From the NCBI GenBank assembly GCA_044433365.1, contig JAWXTR010000001.1:44860-108859 (forward strand): DNA of 64,000 nucleotides, written 5' to 3'. The DNA comes from Rikenellaceae bacterium. GTDB lineage: Bacteria; Bacteroidota; Bacteroidia; Bacteroidales; Rikenellaceae. The notes beneath the pieces were generated by a model. The model ran no database searches, was not told where the DNA came from, and saw only the letters and a list, made by a program, of their open reading frames with translations. Position 1 is the first letter of the stretch. The number at the start of each line of letters is the position of its first letter. The translations under genes and the position numbers were made by a program. Positions 28,097 to 38,763 of the stretch are shown here, in pieces.

Positions 28097-29734
28097 ATGA
28101 ACAAAACAATAAAAGGATTTCTTTGGGGTGTATCCTCTGCCCTAGCTACTACAGCACTGGTTGCAGCTACAAATGATGATTTTGCGAGAGGAAAAAATTT
28201 AGAAATATTTTTTAATGTTTTTCGTGAAGTAAATCTATCGTATGTAGATAAACCCGATTCTGAGAAGATGGTGCGTAATGCACTTGATGGAATGTTGGAG
28301 CAAATTGACCCCTACACAACCTATATGTCGGAGGAGGATTATGCTCAATTCGAAGAGCTTACAACGGGCGAATATGCAGGTATTGGAGCTGTAATTTTTA
28401 AACATGTAGATAGTCTTTATACCGAAATTTCGGAGGTAATCCAAAATTCACCTGCCGACAAGGCTGGTTTGGTAATGGGTGATAGGCTGCTTATGGTTGA
28501 TACAACAAACCTTAAAGGGCTTGAATCTAGCGATATTAGCAGTTTGCTTCGTGGTAATGCAGGTTCGCAATTTACACTAAAATATAGGTCACTTCTTACA
28601 AATGAGGAGAAAGAGACAATCATAAAACGTGAGATTATCCACTCAAATGCTGTTAACTATGCAGGCTATATAAATGGTACAGATGGAGTTGGCTATATCA
28701 ATCTATCTACCTTTTCTGACGACTGCTCGTCGGAGGTGAGAGCAGCTATCGAAAAATTAAAGAGCGAGGGGGAGCTAAAATCGCTAATTTTAGACCTTCG
28801 TGATAATGGCGGTGGAGTGCTTCAAGAAGCGGTAAATATTGTTTCGCTTTTTGTCGATAAAGGTACTGAGGTTGTGAGCATTAATGGACGTTCGTTTAAG
28901 GAGCCAAAGGTTTACAAAACTTTATCTGAACCTATCGCTAAAGATATTCCACTTGCAGTTGTTGTTAATGGTTCGTCGGCTTCGGCTAGTGAGGTTGTAG
29001 CAGGTGCACTTCAAGATTTGGATAGAGCACTTATCGTGGGAAGTCAAAGCTATGGTAAAGGTTTGGTTCAAACACCTAAAGAGGTGGGTTATGGCTCAGT
29101 TCTAAAGGTTACAACTGCAAAATATTACACTCCAAGTGGTAGATGTATCCAAGCTGTCGATTTTAGTAACCGTAATGAGGATGGAAGTGTTGGGTCAATC
29201 CCCGACTCTCTACGCAAAGAGTTTAAAACAGTCGGAGGACGCACTGTTTTAGATGGTGGTGGTATCACTCCCGATTCACTTATTAAGACGAAAGGTTATA
29301 ACCGCTTTGTACAGAATGTAGCAGTTACTGGCACTTACCTAGAGGAGTATGTTAAGGAGTATTACAAAAATAATCAATCGAAAACTGATTTCGAAAATTT
29401 CTCACTGACAGATAGCGACTTATCTGATTTTGCTACCCTTTTAGAGGAGCGTAATTTTAAGGTTATTTCGCTTACAAACTACCATATCGACAAGCTAAAA
29501 GAGGCGGCTAAGAGCGAATACTATAGCTCTAAAATAGAGAAAGAGCTTGAAGCGTTGGAGAAAAAGATGGAGCTAAATATTCGTGAAGATGTAGAGCTAA
29601 ATAAACAAGATTTAAAGCTACTTATCGAAATGGATATCCTTACTGCATTTAAATATAAAGAGGGAAGAGTTAAACATTTTGCTCAAAGCGATAGTTTAGT
29701 AAAGAAAACAGCTATGTTTCTTGAGCAAAGATAA
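28097..29734 (+). CDS. S41 family C-terminal processing peptidase
   Basis: 545 aa. Signal peptide, PDZ segment (SPADKAGLVMGDRLL), catalytic region LILDLRDNGGG and GSSASASE. Confidence 0.88.
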   Translation: MNKTIKGFLWGVSSALATTALVAATNDDFARGKNLEIFFNVFREVNLSYVDKPDSEKMVRNALDGMLEQIDPYTTYMSEEDYAQFEELTTGEYAGIGAVIFKHVDSLYTEISEVIQNSPADKAGLVMGDRLLMVDTTNLKGLESSDISSLLRGNAGSQFTLKYRSLLTNEEKETIIKREIIHSNAVNYAGYINGTDGVGYINLSTFSDDCSSEVRAAIEKLKSEGELKSLILDLRDNGGGVLQEAVNIVSLFVDKGTEVVSINGRSFKEPKVYKTLSEPIAKDIPLAVVVNGSSASASEVVAGALQDLDRALIVGSQSYGKGLVQTPKEVGYGSVLKVTTAKYYTPSGRCIQAVDFSNRNEDGSVGSIPDSLRKEFKTVGGRTVLDGGGITPDSLIKTKGYNRFVQNVAVTGTYLEEYVKEYYKNNQSKTDFENFSLTDSDLSDFATLLEERNFKVISLTNYHIDKLKEAAKSEYYSSKIEKELEALEKKMELNIREDVELNKQDLKLLIEMDILTAFKYKEGRVKHFAQSDSLVKKTAMFLEQR

Positions 29735-29792
29735 TTCATAATTCGTAATTCGTAATGCATAATTCATAATTCGTAATGCATAATTCATAATT
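29731..29792 (-). repeat. heptanucleotide satellite array filling the S41/PBP1A spacer
   Basis: About 9 units (CATAATT/CGTAATT/CGTAATG), containing the TAA stop of the S41 gene. Confidence 0.95.
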
Positions 29793-29800
29793 ATTTAAAA

Positions 29801-32152
29801 ATGGAAATTAAGAATAAAAAGCGATTTTTAATAATATTTTGGGGGATTATAGTTGTTCCACCTCTGCTACTAGCAATATTTATTACCTCAGTGGCTTGTG
29901 GAGCATTCGGCAAACTTCCCACTTTTGAGGAGCTTGAAAACCCTAAAAGCAACATCTCTACCGAGGTAATCTCAGAGGATGGAGCAATTTTGGGGAGCTA
30001 TTTTATTGAAAATCGTTCGTTTGTAGATTATAGCGAGCTTTCGCCATATCTAGTTTCGGCACTTGTATCAACCGAAGACTCTCGCTACTTTACACACTCT
30101 GGTATCGACTTTGTGAGTCTTGCCCGTGTTGGTTTTAAGACCCTTATAATGGGGCAAAAACAGGGTGGTGGTAGTACAATCTCTCAGCAGCTTGCAAAAA
30201 ATCTATATCCACGAAATACCAAGCTATACGACTCTTCGATTGAGCGAAATTCTTATCTTGTATTAGCAAAAATGAAAGAGTGGATTACTGCCACAATGCT
30301 TGAATACAACTACACCAAGGAGGAGATAATAGTGATGTATTTAAATGTTGTAGCTTATGGTAGTAATGCTTTTGGTATAAAATCGGCAGCACAAACTTTT
30401 TTTGGTAAGCTTCCTATAGAGCTTACAGCACAAGAGGCTGCACTGCTTGTAGGTGTTGTAAATGCTCCAACTTATTTCTCACCAAAATCCAACCCCCAAA
30501 ATGCTCTTGCTCGCCGTAATGTGGTATTAGAGCGTATGGCTACAGCACGTTATCTTCCTATCAATGAGTTAGATTCAATTCAGAATATACCTATTGAGCT
30601 AAACTACAAGCCTATCTCTCACAACGAGGGTCTTGCGACCTATTTTCGTAGCATGCTTAGCGGTTATATGAGAGCTTCGGAGCCTAAAAAGGCAAACTAC
30701 TATAACGCCTACGACTATGAGGTTGACAAATTGGAGTGGGATAACAATCCGCTTTATGGATGGTGTAACAAAAACACAAAGAGCGATGGCACAAACTACA
30801 ATATCTATCGTGATGGTCTGAAAATATACACCACAATCAACTCTAAAATGCAGCAATATGCAGAAGAGGCGGTTCTTGAAAATATGTCGGAAAATGTTCA
30901 ACCTCGCTTCTCTCGTCAGGTAAAAAATTATGGTTCGCCATTTTTGGATATAAACAAAGAGGAGAAAGATGAGATTATACGTCGTGCAATTCGCCAAAGT
31001 GAGCGTTATAGAGTGTTGAAAAACGATGGATTTAACGATACTCAAATCTTCGAGAATTTTAAGCAAAAGATTAAGATGTCGGTATTTAGCTACGAAAAAA
31101 GCAACGGTATCGATACACTTCTATCGCCTCTCGACTCAATAACCTATGCAAAAGGATTTCTTAGAACAGGGTTTATCGCTATTGAGCCATCTTCGGGCTA
31201 TGTAAAAGCTTATGTTGGCGGTACAAACCACCGCTACTTTAAATATGATATGGCAAAGCAGGGTAAGCGACAAGCAGGCTCCACCTTCAAGCCATTTATC
31301 TACACCTTTGCAATCGACCAACTTGGTCTAACACCTTGCGATCAAGTACCAAACTTACCTGTTACTGTAGATGGTTGGTCGCCAAAAGAGTCAGGAAATG
31401 TAGAGCAGATTGGTGAGCTTCGTCCGCTATGGTGGGGGCTTGCGATGAGTCGTAACAACTATTCGGCATGGATTATGAAGCAGGCAAACCAACCTAAAGC
31501 GGTTGCAGAGTTTGTACACCGTTTAGGTATTAAGAGCTATATCGACCCTGTTGCTCCAATGTGTCTTGGCACTGCCGATGTATCTTTATATGAGATGGTT
31601 GGTGCTTACACAAACTTTGTAAATAATGGTGTTCATATTGATCCTACTTTCGTAACACGTATCGAAGATAGACATGGCAATATACTTGCCACTTTTACAC
31701 CTCAAAGTAGCGATGCTATTTCGTCGCAGAGTGCCTACACAATGCTAAGTATTCTGCAAAAGGTTGTAAACTCTGGTACAGCAGGTCGCCTACGCTATAT
31801 GTACAAATTTACGGGCGAAATGGGTGGTAAGACAGGTACTACAAATGGTAATTCCGATTCATGGTTTATTGGTGTCACTCCAAAAATTGTGGCTGGCTCG
31901 TGGATTGGCGGTGAAGATAGAAGCGTAAGGTTTGCAGCAGGTGGTGAGGGTGCAGTTGTGGCTCTTCCATCATTCTCACGCTTTATGCAGAAGGTTTATG
32001 CCGACAAATCACTTGGAATTTCAGAGCAAGATATGTTTACTCGACCTGTTGGTGCAGCCTCTATAGATTGCCCACCTCTTTTCGATGAAGCTGCACTTCC
32101 CGACAAAAAAGAGATTGAACAGGAGTATGATGATGATGAATTTTTTCAATAA
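29801..32152 (+). CDS. mrcA: penicillin-binding protein 1A (bifunctional glycosyltransferase/transpeptidase)
   Basis: 783 aa. GT51 motifs EDSRYFTHSGID and GGSTISQQLAKN. Transpeptidase STFKP, SRN and KTGTT. Confidence 0.9.
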   Translation: MEIKNKKRFLIIFWGIIVVPPLLLAIFITSVACGAFGKLPTFEELENPKSNISTEVISEDGAILGSYFIENRSFVDYSELSPYLVSALVSTEDSRYFTHSGIDFVSLARVGFKTLIMGQKQGGGSTISQQLAKNLYPRNTKLYDSSIERNSYLVLAKMKEWITATMLEYNYTKEEIIVMYLNVVAYGSNAFGIKSAAQTFFGKLPIELTAQEAALLVGVVNAPTYFSPKSNPQNALARRNVVLERMATARYLPINELDSIQNIPIELNYKPISHNEGLATYFRSMLSGYMRASEPKKANYYNAYDYEVDKLEWDNNPLYGWCNKNTKSDGTNYNIYRDGLKIYTTINSKMQQYAEEAVLENMSENVQPRFSRQVKNYGSPFLDINKEEKDEIIRRAIRQSERYRVLKNDGFNDTQIFENFKQKIKMSVFSYEKSNGIDTLLSPLDSITYAKGFLRTGFIAIEPSSGYVKAYVGGTNHRYFKYDMAKQGKRQAGSTFKPFIYTFAIDQLGLTPCDQVPNLPVTVDGWSPKESGNVEQIGELRPLWWGLAMSRNNYSAWIMKQANQPKAVAEFVHRLGIKSYIDPVAPMCLGTADVSLYEMVGAYTNFVNNGVHIDPTFVTRIEDRHGNILATFTPQSSDAISSQSAYTMLSILQKVVNSGTAGRLRYMYKFTGEMGGKTGTTNGNSDSWFIGVTPKIVAGSWIGGEDRSVRFAAGGEGAVVALPSFSRFMQKVYADKSLGISEQDMFTRPVGAASIDCPPLFDEAALPDKKEIEQEYDDDEFFQ

Positions 32153-32169
32153 TAAATCTAATAGTTACT

Positions 32170-32276
32170 GGGAAGTTCTAATCTCTGAATTTTGAAAAAG
32201 TTTCGAAATATAGAGATTAGGACTCCTCTATAGGGAAGTTCTAAATTCTGTATTTTGAGAGATTTTAGAAGTTCCC
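32170..32276. repeat. two adjacent GGGAAG..CTAA-type mini palindromes
   Basis: GGGAAGTTCTAATCTCTG..AGATTAGGACTCCTC and GGGAAGTTCTAAATTCTGTATTTTGAGAGATTTTAGAAGTTCCC. Confidence 0.75.
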
Positions 32277-32306
32277 TTTATATATTTACCCCCAATTTTT
32301 AAGAGA

Positions 32307-33854
32307 ATGACCCACAACCAAACCCTTACTGTCGCAATGTCGCTGCTACTAGCAGCCCCAGCAGTTGCAAACGCAAAAAGTAGCAAACCCAATTTGCTAT
32401 TTATCGTAACCGATGAACACAACTTCCGTACACTTGGATGTTATCGAGACCTTCTTCCTAAAGACCAAGCCGAAATTTGGGGCGATGGCAACATTGTAGA
32501 GACTCCAAATATCGATAAAATTGCCGAAAGAGGCGTTTTATTTGATAGAATGTATGCCTCAGCCTCAGTAAGTACTGCTGCACGTGCAGCAATGTTTACA
32601 GGATTTTATGGACACCAATTAGGTATGCCAAACAACTCTAATAAACCTGGCGATGGCAAATATCTTCATGAAGATGTGCGCACCATTGCCCAAATTTTAT
32701 CAGAAGCAGGCTACAAAACTGGCTATGCAGGAAAGCTCCATTTAGCTGAAGAGCGTGGTGAAAAACATGATGAATGGTGGGAGCCTTACCCCGTAGGATG
32801 TGAGGGCTATAACTATGGATTCCAAGATAACAGATATATGTTTAATGGAGGTCATGGTAAATTTATCGGTATGGGCGACGATGGCAAACCATATTTTGCA
32901 TCAGCTCGTTCTGTTCCAAACGGACGTGATAAGTATGGATTTGCACGCTTTAAAGATGAAAAATCGAGCAATGTAAGCTCTACAAACGATTTTCTTTGTA
33001 CACGTGCATTAGAATTTATTGACGAAAATAGCGATAATCCATTCTATTATGTAGTGAGTATTCCAGATCCTCACACTCCCGATACAGCAGTTGGCGACTA
33101 CACCAACCTTTATACCGATATGAGAGTAGAAAAACCTCGCACTTACGATGCTCCACGCCCTGAGGGTACTCCAAAATGGCAACGACCAGATGGTAAGGCG
33201 GTATCTTTAGCTAAAAGTCTACCTCAATATTTTGGTATGGTAAAAAATATCGATGATAATGTTGGTCGAATCCTTGATAAATTGGAGCAGGAGGGTATTT
33301 TAGAGAATACAATTATAGTTTTCACCTCAGATCATGGCGATTTAATGGGTGAACACGCACGTATGAATAAGGGTACAATCCACGATGGAGCAACAAAGGT
33401 ACCTTTTGTAATTGCGCATGGTAAAGATTGTAAAAAACCTCTTGTCCCACGTGGCAAAGTGGTAAAAGAGGCTTCAAATACAACAGATTGGATGCCTACA
33501 TTCTTAAGCCTACTTGGAGTAAAATCACCAGAAGTTCCTGGACGTGATGTTACGCCACTAATGAGTGGAAAAGCTCCAAAAGGGTGGAACGATGTGACAT
33601 TCTCACAGCTAGGATTTACCGCAGCTATCGATTCTCGTTATAAGCTTATGGTTACACCATTTGGTGATGAGCCTTGGTTTTTCGATGCAGTAGAAGATCC
33701 AGACGAAATCGTAAATCTATATAACGACCCAAAATATGATGAAATAATCGTTAAACTAACTAAAGATTTGCAAAAATATAATGTTGAGTGCAATAATAGT
33801 AGTGAAAAAATTGCATCAATATTAGAGAAAATCTTAACTGATAAAGGTTGTTAG
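32307..33854 (+). CDS. sulfatase (Ser-type, S-x-A-x-R maturation motif)
   Basis: 515 aa. Signal peptide, NLLFIVTDEHN, SVSTAARAAMFTG, GKLH, TSDHGD. Confidence 0.88.
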   Translation: MTHNQTLTVAMSLLLAAPAVANAKSSKPNLLFIVTDEHNFRTLGCYRDLLPKDQAEIWGDGNIVETPNIDKIAERGVLFDRMYASASVSTAARAAMFTGFYGHQLGMPNNSNKPGDGKYLHEDVRTIAQILSEAGYKTGYAGKLHLAEERGEKHDEWWEPYPVGCEGYNYGFQDNRYMFNGGHGKFIGMGDDGKPYFASARSVPNGRDKYGFARFKDEKSSNVSSTNDFLCTRALEFIDENSDNPFYYVVSIPDPHTPDTAVGDYTNLYTDMRVEKPRTYDAPRPEGTPKWQRPDGKAVSLAKSLPQYFGMVKNIDDNVGRILDKLEQEGILENTIIVFTSDHGDLMGEHARMNKGTIHDGATKVPFVIAHGKDCKKPLVPRGKVVKEASNTTDWMPTFLSLLGVKSPEVPGRDVTPLMSGKAPKGWNDVTFSQLGFTAAIDSRYKLMVTPFGDEPWFFDAVEDPDEIVNLYNDPKYDEIIVKLTKDLQKYNVECNNSSEKIASILEKILTDKGC

Positions 33855-33925
33855 TACAATGTTTGAGGGTGACCCCAAAGTATCTATTTTAAGAGGGTGA
33901 CTCAAAAGTAAAGAAATTTACTTAA

Positions 33926-34088
33926 GGGAACTTCTAAAAATTGGATTTCATCTGCTTTTCCATTTTGAAGTCTCATCTTTGAATTTTACAAAATGCTTAC
34001 GTAGGCACCACTACGCTCACATTTTGTAAAATCCAAATCTAAAACTTCAAAAAGAAAAATCAAATAAAACCAATTATTAGAACTCCCC
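33926..34088 (+). mobile_element. GGGAAC-type element, long form
   Basis: TTAA on both flanks. The insert carries TTTTGAAG / CTTCAAAA where the other long copies have TTTTGAGG / CCTCAAAA. Confidence 0.8.
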
Positions 34089-34100
34089 TTAAAATTAAAC

Positions 34101-34157
34101 AATCCAGACCATTATCCCCACTCACAACGCTTGTGAACAGGGGTGATGGTCTGGATT
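34101..34157. terminator. long hairpin in convergent intergenic region
   Basis: AATCCAGACCATTATCCCC ... GGGGTGATGGTCTGGATT with an inner CACAA-CGC-TTGTG hairpin, followed by TTT. Confidence 0.35.
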
Positions 34158-34220
34158 TTTGATTGTGGGTCACCCTCTTGTTTCTATATTTTAAGGATTT
34201 TTGAGTCATCCTCCTTTCAT

Positions 34221-35363
34221 CTACCTGCCAACACCAAAACGATAGTAGCAGTGCTGTTTGTAACGCTCTCCAGCTTTGATAATAGGCGATGGCCACTCAG
34301 GATTGTTTACAGCATTAGGATAGTGTTGAGTTTCAAGACAAATAGACTTGTGTTTCTCGTATGCTATCCCCTTTTTACCGGTATAGCTTTTATCGTAGCC
34401 ATTACAGGTAAAAAACTGAAAACTAGGTTGTGAGGTGTATACGCTCATCTCTATTCCGCTCTCTGGAGAGTATAGAACAATATCTACATCGCTCTCTGAT
34501 TTGTTGTTTAAAATCATATTCACACCAAATCCACCACTAATTTGTATCTCTTCTACATCCATATTTTGGCTTATCCTTTCACCAATATTTGCCATAGTTC
34601 TAAAATCCATCGGTGTACCATCTACAGGAGCGATATCACCACGAGGAATCTGGTCGGGCGACTTGGGAGTGAAGTAGTCGCTATCGATAAAGATATCGTT
34701 TGAAAGAATGGTTTGAGTAGGGTCGCCACTCAGTGCAAAATATGAGTGGTTTGTAAAGTTTATAACAGTTGTGGCATCACTCGAAGCGTCGTAATCAATC
34801 TTTAAGGTGTTGAGATAGTCTACAGTATAGGTAACAGTAGCATCTACATTACCTGGGAATCCACTCTCGCCATCTGGACTAAAATAGGTCAATACCAGAG
34901 AGCTATCTGTCACATTTTTTACCTCAAAAATTTGCCCTTGCCACCCCTTAGGTCCGCCATGAAGCGAGTGATTACCATCGTTTTTATCCAAAATATACTC
35001 TTTCCCCTCTAACGTAAAACGACCATCTCTAATTCTATTTGCATTACGCCCAACCATTGCTCCATAAGGAATATTGTTTGCCATATAGTCAGTGATATTG
35101 TCAAAACCAAGCACAACATCACGTTTTACACCATCTCTATCATCAACCATAATAGATACAATACGTGCACCATAATTTGTGATACACGCCTCCATGCCAT
35201 TGCTGTTTTTTAGGGTATATAGAGCCACTTTTTTACCGTTTGCTACAGTATCGAATCTACTAGGATTTAGACCTGAAAGAGTTAGCTCTGTTTTTGGTGT
35301 AGTGCAAGCGGCAAAAATCGAAAATGCTGCTAGCGATGGAATTAAAAATTTTGTTAAATTCAT
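34221..35363 (-). CDS. galM: aldose 1-epimerase (galactose mutarotase), secreted/lipoprotein
   Basis: 380 aa. Lipobox ..IFAAC, GARIVS, NHSLHGG, TNHSYF, LETQHYPNA. Confidence 0.88.
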   Translation of the reverse strand: MNLTKFLIPSLAAFSIFAACTTPKTELTLSGLNPSRFDTVANGKKVALYTLKNSNGMEACITNYGARIVSIMVDDRDGVKRDVVLGFDNITDYMANNIPYGAMVGRNANRIRDGRFTLEGKEYILDKNDGNHSLHGGPKGWQGQIFEVKNVTDSSLVLTYFSPDGESGFPGNVDATVTYTVDYLNTLKIDYDASSDATTVINFTNHSYFALSGDPTQTILSNDIFIDSDYFTPKSPDQIPRGDIAPVDGTPMDFRTMANIGERISQNMDVEEIQISGGFGVNMILNNKSESDVDIVLYSPESGIEMSVYTSQPSFQFFTCNGYDKSYTGKKGIAYEKHKSICLETQHYPNAVNNPEWPSPIIKAGERYKQHCYYRFGVGR

Positions 35364-35386
35364 TTTCTTTTCTTTTCTTAGATTTT

Positions 35387-35551
35387 AAGTAGGGTAAAAT
35401 AATTATTGGTGTATTTTTAAAAGTGCTATTGGAGATGAGATTTTTTGTTATTGAATCGAAAATATAGTGGTTCTATATTGAGATTTAATAGTGAAAAATA
35501 TCGCTCCAAGAGTGCTATTAAGAATATGGCAATAATTGTTTTACACTACTT
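35387..35551 (+). mobile_element. TA-MITE165, full copy
   Basis: TA flanks. Lies between the galM start and the sulfatase stop. Confidence 0.85.
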
Positions 35552-35564
35552 AGAGGTTTGCCTA

Positions 35565-37070
35565 TTATTTTTTATCGTAAATATGAGTATTTCCTTTTTC
35601 AAGCAGAGGCATAAGTTTGTCTACTATTTCACTATTTTCAGCAGCGATATTCTCTCTTTCGTAATCCATTCCGTTATACTTAAATAGTTCAATATTTGGC
35701 TTAGCATCTCTATAATAGTGAGTTAATCTATATTGTGGAGTTCGTAGAGTGTAGCCACTTTTAAAATATGAGTAGGCTGCATCTTCCCAATTTTTATCTT
35801 TCGGTTTGTTGAGCAAAGTGGCAAAACTTTTACCGTCGAGTGCTGCACCATCAGCAACATCCACATCGCAAAGCTCCATAAGAGTAGGATATATATCAAC
35901 AGAGCTTACAATACGACTATTTACCACACCTTTTTTGCCTTTTGGTGAGCGTACTATAAGAGTACTTCGAAGTGAAGGTTCGAGGATTGTATGTTTCCCC
36001 CAAACATTCATATCACCCAAGTTCCAACCATGATCGCCCCAAACCACCACAATAGTATTTTCAGCAAGCCCTTTTTCCTCCAATTTTGAGAGCAGTTTAC
36101 CTATCTGGGCATCGGTATAGCTTACGCAAGCGTAGTAGGCATGGCGCAAACGGCGAGCATAATCATCCGATACAGCTTTGCTGAGCGATGCTGCTTCATC
36201 GCCTGTTTTGTAGGCATTAAACTCACCACTACCATGTAGGCTAGCGTTGCTTATATTTTGGGGAATATCCTTAAATGGCGAAACCTCTATTTCACTCTCA
36301 TCATACATATCCCAATATTTTTTTGGGGAGTTGAAAGGTAGGTGAGGCTTAAAAAAACCTACTGCAAGACAAAAAGGCTCACTATTATCGCTAAGTTCGT
36401 CCAATTTCTGGAGTGCTAACTCAGCCGATAGACCATCAGGAAGCCCCGTATCTGAGCAGTCGGCACACTCATAAGGTTTAACCTGATTTTTCATGCTTTG
36501 TCTGTTTTCGCCATCACTGTAGCCAAAAAATGCGTTCCAACCTGTTTCCCATTTACCACTATTAAATAGCATTTCATCCCAGCTATATGGAAGTTCTAAT
36601 ATATCACTAACAGGGTCGTTATATCCATATACTCTACCATCTGCACTATGGCTTATTTTGCCAATGCCTACAGTGTAGTAGCCATTACGACGAAGGTGGT
36701 GAAACATAGTTTCAGGCACTTCTTCCTCTTTTTTAGGTGTAATTTTATGCTCAGCAGCCCCATTCGAAATATCTATTCTATCCGTAGGTAGATGTCCTGT
36801 TAAAAGGCTTTTACGAGAGGCACCGCTTGTTGGTACTTGCACGTAGTGGTTGGTAAAAAGGGTGCCATCTTGAGCTAAACGGTCGAGATTTGGGCTTTTT
36901 ACCATAGAACCATAACAGCCTAGTTCAGTGCGCAGGTCGTCTACGCAGATAAATAGAATATTTGGTTTTTTAGCCTGCTTTGTGCTGCTATTTTCGCTAT
37001 TTTCTGCTGCTGCAAATAGCGATGAGGCTATAAATAAGGTGGTCGATAGTGTAAATTTTGTGTAATTCAT
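35565..37070 (-). CDS. sulfatase (Ser-type, S-x-A-x-R)
   Basis: 501 aa. Signal peptide, NILFICVDDLR, PTSGASRKSLLTG, GKISH, WGDHGW. Confidence 0.88.
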   Translation of the reverse strand: MNYTKFTLSTTLFIASSLFAAAENSENSSTKQAKKPNILFICVDDLRTELGCYGSMVKSPNLDRLAQDGTLFTNHYVQVPTSGASRKSLLTGHLPTDRIDISNGAAEHKITPKKEEEVPETMFHHLRRNGYYTVGIGKISHSADGRVYGYNDPVSDILELPYSWDEMLFNSGKWETGWNAFFGYSDGENRQSMKNQVKPYECADCSDTGLPDGLSAELALQKLDELSDNSEPFCLAVGFFKPHLPFNSPKKYWDMYDESEIEVSPFKDIPQNISNASLHGSGEFNAYKTGDEAASLSKAVSDDYARRLRHAYYACVSYTDAQIGKLLSKLEEKGLAENTIVVVWGDHGWNLGDMNVWGKHTILEPSLRSTLIVRSPKGKKGVVNSRIVSSVDIYPTLMELCDVDVADGAALDGKSFATLLNKPKDKNWEDAAYSYFKSGYTLRTPQYRLTHYYRDAKPNIELFKYNGMDYERENIAAENSEIVDKLMPLLEKGNTHIYDKK

Positions 37071-37102
37071 TGATTTAATTATTTGGGTTAGTTGGAGGTT
37101 CC

Positions 37103-38647
37103 CTAAATTTTATTAGTAGCTAAAGAGCTAGATGGTAGAGTGATATTGTTATCTTTTCGCCAATTTACCATCTTCTCAATCAATCTTTTTGCCACTTCAG
37201 GCTCTTTTTCTACTAGATTAATGCTCTCCATTGGGTCGTCGGCAAGATTGTAAAGCTCAAACTCTCCTGTAGCTAAATATTGTATTAATTTGTAGTTGTC
37301 AAATCGCATTGCAGTACACGCCTCTTGGTGCTCTTTGCCATGTTGACAAATTGAGCTTAACTGCCAGAATACAGGGCGATTTTTGTACTCCTCGACATCT
37401 TGAGTAAGAAGAGGTTGTAGCGATTTTCCATCCAAAACGCCATTATAATTTTTGACTCCTGCAAAATCTATAAATGTAGGGAAGAAATCGACAATCGACA
37501 CTGGTGCCTGAGTTCTTCGAGGGTTAACTTTATTAGCCCAATAGATAAAAGTAGGAACTCTTACTCCTCCCTCATAAATCAGAGCCTTTTTACCTCGCAT
37601 TTTATTGTTTGCACCCATTGCATAGCCATTGTCAGAAGAGAATACTATAATTGTGTTTTCATCCAGTCCGCTCTCCTTTAAGAAAGAGACCATACGTCCA
37701 AAATTATCATCAAGCGACTCAATCATACTAGCATATTTGGCATACGATTTTTTGTAATTTTCGTTTGCTATACCTTGACCTAAAACAGGGTCACCCTCTT
37801 TGTTATAATATTTATCGAAAAGCTCCTCACTACGCTGAACATGAGGTGCATGTACGGTGTAGTAGTGGAGATTTATGAAAAATGGCTCATCTTTGGTCTC
37901 TTTCATAAACTCAATTGCCTCGTCGGTCAATCTGTCTGTTAGCCACTTATCATCAGGTTTTTGCTCAATAAATGGATTTGAAAATGGAGCAATATAACCA
38001 CCTGTTTTACTCTTATAACCACCAATTTCAAGAGCAGGGTCGCCTCTATATGTTCCACCTACGTTTTTATCAAAACCTCTACCCTCTGGATAATATTTTA
38101 ACTTTATATCATTGCTTTTATGGCGTGGTGCCCAGCTAAAATCGGCAGGATCGGGTTGTGTTAAAGCCTTTTCAAAAGGGTAGTTCATAGCTAACTCCTC
38201 GTCTGGATATGGACCAACTAAGTGCCATTTTCCAAGATGTATGCTTTTGTAGCCCTGTTTGTCTAACTCTTCGCTATAAAATTTGTAGTCGGTAGGAACA
38301 GTCCAACGAGAAAAAACCGATTGAGTAGAATCACCTTTCTCTAACACAGGCACACAATAGACACCTGTTCTAAAAGATTGCTGACCAGTAAGTAGTGCAG
38401 CTCTAGAAGCCGAACTTGTAGGGTAGGTGTAAGAATTTTCGAAAACTACACTCTCCTTTGCCATTGCATCGATGTTTGGAGTTTCGTAGTAGGTCGAACC
38501 ATTAAAACCAACATCGGCATAGCCTAAATCGTCGACAAAAACAAACAAAATGTTTGGTTTTTTACTCTCTTGTGCAGTTTGGCTTTCGCTACAAGCAACG
38601 CAGCTCGACAAACCAACCAACATTGCTATTTTAGTACTGTTTTTCAT
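37103..38647 (-). CDS. sulfatase (Ser-type, S-x-A-x-R)
   Basis: 514 aa. Lipoprotein-like signal, NILFVFVDDLG, PTSSASRAALLTG, GKWH, SSDNG. Confidence 0.88.
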   Translation of the reverse strand: MKNSTKIAMLVGLSSCVACSESQTAQESKKPNILFVFVDDLGYADVGFNGSTYYETPNIDAMAKESVVFENSYTYPTSSASRAALLTGQQSFRTGVYCVPVLEKGDSTQSVFSRWTVPTDYKFYSEELDKQGYKSIHLGKWHLVGPYPDEELAMNYPFEKALTQPDPADFSWAPRHKSNDIKLKYYPEGRGFDKNVGGTYRGDPALEIGGYKSKTGGYIAPFSNPFIEQKPDDKWLTDRLTDEAIEFMKETKDEPFFINLHYYTVHAPHVQRSEELFDKYYNKEGDPVLGQGIANENYKKSYAKYASMIESLDDNFGRMVSFLKESGLDENTIIVFSSDNGYAMGANNKMRGKKALIYEGGVRVPTFIYWANKVNPRRTQAPVSIVDFFPTFIDFAGVKNYNGVLDGKSLQPLLTQDVEEYKNRPVFWQLSSICQHGKEHQEACTAMRFDNYKLIQYLATGEFELYNLADDPMESINLVEKEPEVAKRLIEKMVNWRKDNNITLPSSSLATNKI

Positions 38648-38763
38648 AAATTATGTTTTAGGGGGATTATAAACTTGTCTGACAAAGTTATAATAAAATA
38701 TTTAATTATGCTATTTTATTACAACTTTACATAAAATTAACTATCTTTAGCGTTAAAAAAGAG

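Noticed and set aside
32294-32309. GAGAATGACCCACAAC 16-mer shared between the sulfatase start region and 47946-47961
   Set aside because: It is probably part of a GGGAAC-family variant flank. The sulfatase still has a normal signal peptide after this ATG, so no functional claim is made.
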